Positions 21,601-30,529 of a DNA stretch of 35,150 bases are shown in pieces. The DNA is from Sphaeroforma arctica JP610. Its lineage: Eukaryota. Numbering within the stretch: position 1 is the first letter of the stretch; every line of letters begins with the position of its first letter. The stretch spans positions 1 through 35,150 of the forward strand of contig NW_014040265.1 in NCBI RefSeq assembly GCF_001186125.1, given 5' to 3'. Position numbers and translations under genes: made by a program. The notes below the pieces were generated by a model, which saw nothing but the letters and a program-made list of their open reading frames with translations, was not told where the DNA came from and did no database searches.

Positions 21601-22881
21601 ATGTGCATGTGCGTGTGTGTGTATGTGTGTGTGTATGTGTGGGTATGTGTGTTTAGTATGTATGTGTGTGTGAGTGTGTGTGTAAGTGTANNNNNNNNNN
21701 NNNNNNNNNNNNNNNNNNNNNNNNNNNNNNNNNNNNNNNNNNNNNNNNNNNNNNNNNNNNNNNNNNNNNNNNNNNNNNNNNNNNNNNNNNNNNNNNNNNN
21801 NNNNNNNNNNNNNNNNNNNNNNNNNNNNNNNNNNNNNNNNNNNNNNNNNNNNNNNNNNNNNNNNNNNNNNNNNNNNNNNNNNNNNNNNNNNNNNNNNNNN
21901 NNNNNNNNNNNNNNNNNNNNNNNNNNNNNNNNNNNNNNNNNNNNNNNNNNNNNNNNNNNNNNNNNNNNNNNNNNNNNNNNNNNNNNNNNNNNNNNNNNNN
22001 NNNNNNNNNNNNNNNNNNNNNNNNNNNNNNNNNNNNNNNNNNNNNNNNNNNNNNNNNNNNNNNNNNNNNNNNNNNNNNNNNNNNNNNNNNNNNNNNNNNN
22101 NNNNNNNNNNNNNNNNNNNNNNNNNNNNNNNNNNNNNNNNNNNNNNNNNNNNNNNNNNNNNNNNNNNNNNNNNNNNNNNNNNNNNNNNNNNNNNNNNNNN
22201 NNNNNNNNNNNNNNNNNNNNNNNNNNNNNNNNNNNNNNNNNNNNNNNNNNNNNNNNNNNNNNNNNNNNNNNNNNNNNNNNNNNNNNNNNNNNNNNNNNNN
22301 NNNNNNNNNNNNNNNNNNNNNNNNNNNNNNNNNNNNNNNNNNNNNNNNNNNNNNNNNNNNNNNNNNNNNNNNNNNNNNNNNNNNNNNNNNNNNNNNNNNN
22401 NNNNNNNNNNNNNNNNNNNNNNNNNNNNNNNNNNNNNNNNNNNNNNNNNNNNNNNNNNNNNNNNGTATGCCATTCATTAGGTCATAAATGCAAGTGCATT
22501 TAACTCACAAAGCGAAGCGTTTAAAAAACAGATTAATGCAATCAGAGAGTAGTTTGTGGATGCATTTATCTACCCCTTCATTTTTTTTTTTCGAGTATCA
22601 ATCTTGTGGAGATCGTGCTATCAATCCCTCGCGGATACCTATCCATGTTCAAGGACGGTTCTGGCGGATACAAATAGGCAAATACTCCTCAGTTGATTGA
22701 ACATGCACTCCCAGAGAAATACATACCTCAAATTGGCTACCAGAGGCAGATCCCCATACGAAGCCTTAACATCGCTTACAAACGCACTGTCTTTAGCAAT
22801 TGAGCGTGTGCGGTTAAAAAGCGACAACCTCTCACTCCGCAGATTCTGTAGGTCTTTAAAGTACGCTTGCTCCGACGCCAT
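15625..22881 (-). CDS. RIT1: tRNA A64-2'-O-ribosylphosphate transferase (initiator tRNA phosphoribosyltransferase); complement(join(22727..22881,20927..21106,20085..20320,19588..19714,17772..17890,15625..16593)), about 594 aa
   Basis: Rit1 motifs occur in order across phase-consistent exons: LSLFNRTRSIAKDSAFV, LPLVANLR|CGLWY, YFKSTDGH, RRLNLHLL, GGFMLVDSSRRKRFPD|SMSRTVPIWAACVN, LPTMVSAMEKAQL, KRLRPLWVSP, FWPLLLVSAS, FTYIQGAADDEEDWAGGLTADLFWKH. A C-terminal DUSP-like domain follows (GGKVLISCPSGSGPSVMLVLCVL). Exon 5 spans a 20-N gap, and the frame requires 19 (or 19+3n) nt there. Confidence 0.93.
16623..17158. repeat. 16-bp minisatellite ((G/A)AGGTGTTCTGTTTAT)n, about 33 copies, in RIT1 intron 5
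   Basis: Direct tandem periodicity, with often alternating TATGAG/TATAAG variants. Confidence 0.97.
17848..18325. repeat. 121-bp tandem repeat, 4 copies, including the RIT1 exon 5 acceptor and exon start
   Basis: TAGGTGAACCC...CGCCGAGACACT...ATGGGAAGGGGAC...GCTAGTGCAG...CAATCGAAGGACGTG units start at about 17848, 17965, 18086 and 18207. Confidence 0.92.
18979..19318. repeat. 34-bp minisatellite, 10 near-identical copies, in RIT1 intron 4
   Basis: (GGAATGCACGATGAAGTGCTTGAGTGTGTTATGT)10 with no spacers. Confidence 0.97.
21561..21690. repeat. (TG)n-rich microsatellite next to an assembly gap; similar (CA)n/(TA)n tracts at 1-39, 8370-8493, 8998-9035, 10552-10630 and 32518-32600
   Basis: Directly visible dinucleotide runs. 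Confidence 0.9.
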
Positions 22882-23519
22882 CTTCTTAATTTACACAATA
22901 TGCGCTTTGTAAGCCTCACTAATACTTATATTTTTAATAAACTGCTATAAGATTTGACCGCAGGCTTTATGAACCTTGTGCGTGTACGTTTGCTCGTTCA
23001 AGTCCTAAGGTTCTAAGTGGGCGTTTGCGAAGTATGCAACTGTGCATGCATGTAGGTACTCCGCTCTACTATATAAGTCTCTATAATTGTCTTTACTGGT
23101 ATCCAATAATTAAATCCTGTTATGCGTTCTGCTCATAAAGGTGTTCTCGATGTATTTATCTATTTAAACATTCAAGTTGCATGTATGTGTATATATTCAT
23201 GTGTATATACCCTACGCTATGTATATACCCTACGCTATTAGTGATATTCTGGGACAACGTCGTTTTCATTGGCCGATTCGATTGCCCGCGATTTTCAATG
23301 CACGTGAATGCAATGCGGATATCATGAAATAGCCACCTATTCTGAGAACAAGAAAAGGGACATTCTGTACTTTAGCCTTCTAAATAAACATTAGAAGGCT
23401 ATGTATTTACAAATAACTAGCTAAATAGATAGTCCAGGATTCGATACTTCCTGTTAAAATATATAAACACAAGTATATACCCAGTATTAGCACGCTAGCA
23501 GCAGAGCTATCCGTTAATC
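22882..23519. promoter_or_regulatory. Head-to-head intergenic region / candidate bidirectional promoter (RIT1 and RRM-like gene)
   Basis: 638 bp lie between the divergent ATGs. The region contains ATTGG (reverse CCAAT, about 23269) and CACGTG (23301). Confidence 0.45.
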
Positions 23520-26374
23520 ATGTTGTTAGCTCCAACTACAATGGGACGCTTGGGGATGCGATCGCTCCTGCAATCACAATGGTCACACATGAGGTGTAGT
23601 ATACACACCAGCAGATACCTGAACTCGGCTGAAAGTAGGTCAATCGCACAACTTCCAACTATATGTTCCCATATTACAAACAAACAACAAATAAGTAGGC
23701 AAGACAACAGACAGATTTCGAATAGCCAAAGGGGGTTGCATGCAAGAAGTTATTCAACAGCTACTGAAAGTACCGAAAAGCCGATACCCAAGGTGTGTGC
23801 CTGTACGCAGATGAGATACGCCCACACGTACAGTAATATGCGATCCCACGCGTATAGACAAAGAGATGTGCTCTATTTCATCTCACGTGCAAGCATGAAT
23901 TTGCTTTCAGTGATTATAATATGGTGTGTGATGTGTATGTCTATTCCTTTTTCATTGCCAGCAGAATTCGGGCCCAGAAATGATAAACTACTTGTTGTAA
24001 CATTTCTTCTCGGGGTCTGAAAGGAAACGGTATCGAGTGTGGAGCTTAGTGCACCACTGAACACTATAAGCACACCAGATACTATGTGATTTAGTGTTTT
24101 AACCACCAAATAATCCTATTGAGCGGTTTTAACTTGCCTCAACCCCTGGTGTAACGCGTGCTCTTAGTGCGAGAAGATAGCTTCATTCCCAATACAAGCG
24201 TAGCTATTTCTATCTATGCAGCAGTGGGTAGTGGCGTGTATAGGAGCGCATGCACACGAGCCCTGTCTCTCTTTGTACTCAGACGTCCGATAGACCTGCT
24301 GTGTATTCTGCATAGATCACACGCGTGGTAATATGTGCATCGCCAGGGACACAGAAACGTGTGATGTATGTATAGACCATCCTATCCATGGGTGAGTTAG
24401 GACGAGGGGGGGGGGGGGGGCTTGTACATGCGAGGTCAATCCAGGTACTTTCATTAGGGGTGCAATAGAGCATGAACTAATCAGGTGTATAAGCCGCATG
24501 TGCGTGAGACGAGAGTCTGCGTACAGAGACGCATGCCGCTAAGCTAATATTTGGACCATGAAATATATATATATCCGTGTATCTGTGTGGGTAGTCGGTT
24601 GAGGTGTTGACTTACTCGTGTGAAAAGGGGAGCTTGTTCGTTGCTTACATCTCGAGAGAGCAGGGTACTCTGGGTGTATTTCCACACCCGTTCTGACAAG
24701 TGTATGCCTGAAGTAGCTAGCGTATATGTGGGGGACGAGACACATAGAGTCGTCCCGTGTGGTCAGCGGAGCATCTGTAGGTGTGTACCTCCGCATCCTC
24801 GAGAGAGAGATATGCGCATGTGTATGTTTTACGACTACCCGTATGGCTAGTATAGCTTGTACGCTGTAAAACACCTCACTGGAAAACAATATTTTTTAAT
24901 GCAAGCCCACTCTCACCGCGAGAATTGGTTTCTTGACTCACCCCACCAGCCCTATACGCACACACTTACCACTACAGCCGCACACAACAGTGTGTGTCAT
25001 GTTGACCGGGGTGCCCGCCAGTGCCACAGTAGACGACATCAGACAAAAGTTCCCCACCACTGGGTACACACCCGGTACTGTCAGTGCAGGTAAGAACGTT
25101 GATAGGTTCATCAAGCACGATGGGGTATATTGAGTATGCTTGCACTTAACACAAGAAGGTATAAAGCGTTCTGTTTACTGTCAGTGCAAGTATGAACGTT
25201 GATAGGTTGATCAAGCACGATGGAGTATATTGAGTATGCTTGCACTTAACACAAGGAGGTATAGAGCATTTTGTTTAATTTATTTTATTTTTTTAGTGTG
25301 TGCATGTGACGTAATTGCCTTCTCTGTTCTCAGACGCAAGCAATTTGTACTCATAATCAATTGTAATTTGATGTGACGTGTGGGTACTCACGTCATGCCA
25401 ATACACGAATATGTATGATAGTAGAAGGAGTTGCCTTCTTTCCCATGCACGAATATGTATGATAATAGAGGGAACTGCCTTCTATTCACGAATATTTATG
25501 ATAGTAGACGGAGTTGTCTTCTATACACGAATATGTATGCTAGTAGAGGGAGCTGCTTTCTTTCATATACATGAATACGTATGATAGTAGACGGATTTCC
25601 CTTCTTTCACATGCACGAATATGTATTGTGGTAGACGGATCTGCCTTCTATCCACGAATATGTATAATAGTAGAGGGAGTTACCTTCTATCTCATAGCAG
25701 GGGAAGGTAAATTGACATGTGCAAGGCTGTGTCGACCGTCGGCATCAGATGCGAACTGTCCCTATCCCAGATGCTAGTACTGTGTCTGTGTGGTATAAGC
25801 GTACAATAGGCCAGCTAGGCGTGTACTTGGAAAAGGGTAGTAATGTATGGTTTGGTGCAGATGCCGGATTTTTGAACCCTCGTTGCGGGCTGCACATACC
25901 ATTCAATGTGTCATGTATGCAGTCAAATGTATAGGCCATGTGCGTTCACAGCACGCGCCTATGCTTGTGAATACAACATGTGCTGCTTAGTACTGTTCAC
26001 ATGTCATGTTTAATCTTGCTATGTACGCATGGTTCAACACAACCGATGACAGTATGAACGAAATATACGTACAGAAGCTATATAGTGCTTTCGAACTCGC
26101 TCATACAAAACCTTACAAAGGCTGATTTCCCCTCGTTCAATCAACCCCACTTCCACCTGCCCAGCCAAATGTCAACCTTTTTTTAATCATACCTACCTCA
26201 TGCCTACCTACCCTATACACAGCTTTTCCGGACTATTCGGCACCAGGTTCTTTGTACCAGAGGAACGCCAAGCTGAATTGGTACGTGTTCTTCACCGGTC
26301 CCCACACAAGGAAACAAGTGGAGCTCCAGACAGACGGCATGATGATCTGCGGGTCCTCTGTGAGGGTCAGCATT
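23520..26374 (+). CDS. Putative mitochondrion-targeted RRM-like RNA-binding protein, 3' end unresolved; join(23520..23792,24978..25089,26223..26374)
   Basis: Exon 1 is an R/S-rich, acid-poor presequence-like segment ending RGLHARSYST, with donor AAG|GTGTGT. Exon 2 reads PHTTVCVMLTGVPASATVDDIRQKF (RRM beta1-alpha1-like). Exon 3 reads NWYVFFTGPHTRKQVELQTDGMMICGSSVRVSI (beta3-alpha2-beta4-like). Phases are compatible (0, then 1). There is a donor GTATGT at 26375; otherwise the frame reads through to a stop at 26458. Confidence 0.6.
25076..25276. repeat. 100-bp tandem duplication spanning a splice donor
   Basis: TACTGTCAGTGCAGGTAAGAACGTTGATAGG... at 25076 is repeated at 25176 as TACTGTCAGTGCAAGTATGAACGTTGATAGG.... 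Confidence 0.93.
25404..25695. repeat. 39/44-bp minisatellite, 7 copies
   Basis: CACGAATATGTATGATAGTAGA.GGA.YTGCCTTCT units at 25404, 25448, 25487, 25526, 25570, 25614 and 25653. Confidence 0.92.
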
Positions 26375-27589
26375 GTATGTTATTGTTCTCGTGTACCGTT
26401 CCTGTGGTATTTTCTGGTAGGGGTAGGGCTAACCCTAAACCCCATAGCAACCCTATAGATCGGGGCTCCGTATATGGTGGGCGCTAAGTATGCTCGTGAT
26501 GATACGTTGTTGGTCGTTTAGTGATATGGCCTGGTGGGTTTGATGTGCAGTTGACATTTGTCGGGTGCTGGATATCGAACATTCTCGTACCACAACCTGC
26601 TTGCTCGTTAATCGCACGCCTATGGTACTTCTCCCGTAATAGATGAACCTTAGTTTGTAAGTGAAATTTTCTCACTCGAAACCAAGTCGGAGATGGTGCA
26701 CTATTTGGTAAATCACGTTTGATAGGAATTCGTTAGCAGTACTAGAAATCTGCAATAACCATAACACGCATGCACAGTCGCTATAGTGTGCATTGTCGCC
26801 GTATAAACGTTCCTACATTTGACTATGACCTGTTTGTATTGTTCACCTCTCGACTTGAGGACAAATTAAACTCGCGGTATAGTAGCACACAAATATATCA
26901 ATGGACTGAAGACTCGCTATTCATAGCAATTGAGGTGCACTTGTCTGCAGCTCATGATCGCACTCATATTAGTCACTCGCTTTTAATAACTATGACCATA
27001 CGTACGCTCGCATACACAGAAAAATTCGAGATTTCAACCGCCCACATACTGGTCCAACTATTTGCCCGGGAATCTGAGCGAGCCCTACGACGGTCGATGT
27101 GCCGTGTTTTTCAATTTGCCACAAAATACAACCGACAGCGCTATACTGAACTTTTTGAAGCCGCTCACAGTGGAGCGCATCGTGCACGAGAATCCCGGCT
27201 CACAAAGGTACATCACGCACAAATTAATTTAATTCGTTTGAGTATGTATCCTAATACGGATGGCCTGCTTTAAATGATAATTGGGCTGAAGCATTTCTCA
27301 AATTGGGCTGAAGCAGTCTAAATTTGTAGCAAATACCTACCCAAATGCTTTGAACGTGTCCCAGTGTACCTGTTGCATACCGCACTGAGGCAAGACTAGT
27401 TAACAATTTTTGTTTATGGTCAACGATGAATTTTCACGATGCTTACACCCGCAATGGAGTCCAGTCGCATATATACGTGTCTTTGTGCACGTACAATGGG
27501 CACTGATTTTATATCGCTAGTATGTCATACGTGATGTATTTGCGTATCATACACGTGATGTCCTCGCATATACTCCATGTTTCAAGCAT

Positions 27590-28945
27590 TGTTTTCGAAA
27601 CACTGTGCCACTCGAGATTTGCATTGGCTTGACCTTATGATTGCCAGTTTTCAATCTGATTTGATGATTGAGTGCATTCTTCTAGAGTGAGACTTTCTGA
27701 TTCGAGTGTTTCAATCTGATCCATTATTGTTGGATGGGTCTGACGCCTTATTGTGATGCAACAAGGTAGAATTACGAAGAATCTGTTCCACGCTGCTATG
27801 AAGAGGGGTTGTTTTGGAGACGATATGAGGGGGTTTGCTAAATTTCTCTCTGGTTCAAGAGCCTAATATGTATTTTGGTATATTTCTCAATGCCATATCA
27901 TGAGTTCTTTGTGTACTTCCGAATACTTCGCACAGATACACTCTCCGAGGTCACAGTTGGTCATTCATTAACACTGCAACTTGATTTTTTAACCTTCTAT
28001 TTGTGAAGCAATACAACCGCGCTTCTGGTGTTCGACTCCGCTGAGACAGCTAATGCCGCGTATGTGCACTTCCACGGTCGTTCTATTGAGACTGAGATGG
28101 ATGCTGATGGTGAATCTAGTAAGTCTGTGGATCAGGAGCCTGTAGAGATCAGGGTTTTACACGGCTATCGACCTTGGAGGAGTGCCTTTCTCATTGCTTA
28201 GTGAAATGAGCTGTGTTCTTCATCAAGCCTCGAGCGCTACATACCCTGTACATAAATGCACCTCACTACTGATATACTTGGAGATGGTCCGCGTTCATTC
28301 AACTTCAGCAAAGTTATGTTGACTAGTATGTCACCACTCGATCCCTTTCATCCTGCTGGCGTTGCATTAGTGGTACTACCGTGTGTTGCACTTCGAGGTA
28401 GGACAGTTTCCGAAAATTGTGCAAGATTTTTGCAAACTGTTTTCCATTGTCCTGGGATATGTGTAGTTGATATCTATATAGATGCCATCGATTGGCTTGT
28501 ACGATGCCAGACAAGATATGTTCTCATTCAATGTTCGAGATCTGTAATTACGGGTATCGTATTCTCAGTGCAGCTTCCAATCTGTGTACTGGCAAGATAA
28601 CAGACGCTGAACTTGATTTGTGAAAGACTTTTCGTTCGCATTTCAGTGGGGCGCCTTCACAATATTTTTAGTAATCAAGCTTTGATCCGAAGTTGTATAC
28701 ACTCGATTTCGGAGCTACGCAAACAAGGGACTGAGAGAACTTCTGAGACCGAAGGAATCAGACGGAATCACCTTAACACTTCCTCATCAGATTTTGTCCT
28801 GGATATGTCTAGTCCAGCATTTGACTTCACTTCGACTAGATTATCCCATAAGCTTTCAAATATGTCGATGTGTATTGTTTGAAATATCTTCAACCTGTTA
28901 TTCCAAATCTCGTCTATCGTCTTGGATGCAGTAGTGAGGCAGAAA
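27590..28945 (-). pseudogene. Possible decayed intronless coding relic of unknown (TE or viral?) origin
   Basis: The minus frame reads protein-like (TIDEIWNNRLKIFQTIHIDIFESLWDNLVEVK...; TIMDQIETLESESLTLEE) with scattered stops. In-register antisense ORFs lie at 28256-28600 and 28613-28882. No family motif was recognised. Confidence 0.3.
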
Positions 28946-30529
28946 ATATATCAAATAACAAATCGTGTTCAAACCGAAGTTACAGATGGGATGTGCATCA
29001 GAAACTGATATGACTGATACATTCTGTCTTGGTAGAAGCTACCGAGGTCTAATTTTGATGACTAGTAGATATGCTTGAAGTTGACAGGAGAAAGAAAAGG
29101 AAACTAATCTATCAGCAGAGAATTTAAAAATAAAAAGTAGCAAGACAATATCTTACGAAGCGCATTGTTGACAGTGTTGATTAGGGCGTCTCGGCGCAGT
29201 GGCAGAAGGAGTAGTGGACGATCTATCGGCCAAGCCAAGTTTTTTTTCTTAAACACCAACGACGGGGCCCAGTGGATTTTCGAAATCCCCATCGATGGTC
29301 CGCGTGAAAAGAGACTGCCAACTCTCCAAATCAGAAGCAATCCCGAAACACGATCTCTGTGATAAAGTATTTCTATAGTTCTACATGGAACCCCTGAATG
29401 AGAGATAGCGAACCATTATCCGCAATATGACCTTTATCCGCAATAAGCGCTACATAATTGACATGGTTGATGTAGTCTTGCACTTTTCTGGGGCGCAATA
29501 TTTGGTGTTATAGGACTAGACGGTTCCATAATAAACAAAAAAATGTCAGCCCAAATCCGGCTACAGCTACCGCACACTATAGTTTTTGACTTTTTTATAT
29601 AAAAAAGCTTTCAAATACATTACGCGGCAATGCTTAGGAAAAATATCATGAGGTAGATGCATTCTGTCGAAGCTTGGAGTACAGCTAGCGTGCATTCTTG
29701 CACTACACACTGATTTCTATAAACATTTTTTTGCTGCTTGTTTTAGACGTAATTCGTGAAGGCTGATCAACGTTGTATTTTCTTCACTTTAAAATGTGAA
29801 ATGAGGTAAATAAGCCCGTGACATAAGCCCGTGACAATGCTGACGGAAACAATAATTAAAAATGTCTTGCGTCGATGTGTACGCATGAGCTTAAACAAAA
29901 ATACTATTTGTGCAATCACACTCCAAGCGGGCTTCTAGCGATATATACTAAAAATACATCTGCCGTAGACTGTTTTGGTATATTTCAGTTTCATCACTTT
30001 GTCCGAACCTGTTTCCAAAGCTTCTCGTTCTTCTATGTGACCCAAATGGCGAAAATGATGGCCTCAATAACACCCAGACTAAGACAATCAGTGCCAAAAA
30101 TAGCGGTCAAATACCGCAAGTGATACCTTAACCTACCCAGTGCGGATCGGAGTTCGTTGGTGACTTCGATACTGCGCATCCGGCGCTTTATTTGACAGAG
30201 CATGAGTGGAAATAATATACTGGATCGAGAAGTGTAGCTTAGAGTGGCGTAGGATCCGTTAAGTTCAATAAATCACGATAGGAGCGGTACACCAGTGATG
30301 CGTATTTTACAGTCCAACAGGCTGCTAACATCCACGACTGATAGCACCGTAATTGAACTGTGCGTCAACTAACATACTGAATATAAAAAGGAAGGGGACA
30401 AATGTTTAGTATGCCCGATGAAGATGCCAAAGACAATTTTCGCGTAAGGACGTGCCAGCATGTTTAAGAAGGTGGGGATTCAGGACTTCGTCGATCCTAA
30501 CTAAATTTAGGGCAGGCGGATCCATTTCA

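Noticed and set aside
21379..22503. Long ORFs across N runs (also 4739-5395 and 8415-8996)
   Set aside because: Artefacts of translating gaps and microsatellites.
22990..23460. tRNA/B-box-like words (GTTCAAGTCC; CAGGATTCGATACTTCCTG hairpin)
   Set aside because: No cloverleaf or A-box could be built.
24316..24780. Extra exons in the RRM-like gene (24316-24365 and 24664-24780)
   Set aside because: They have GT-AG borders, but the final phase (2) is incompatible with the acceptors of the 24978 exon. Direct exon 1 to 24978 joining is in frame. Not excluded without cDNA.
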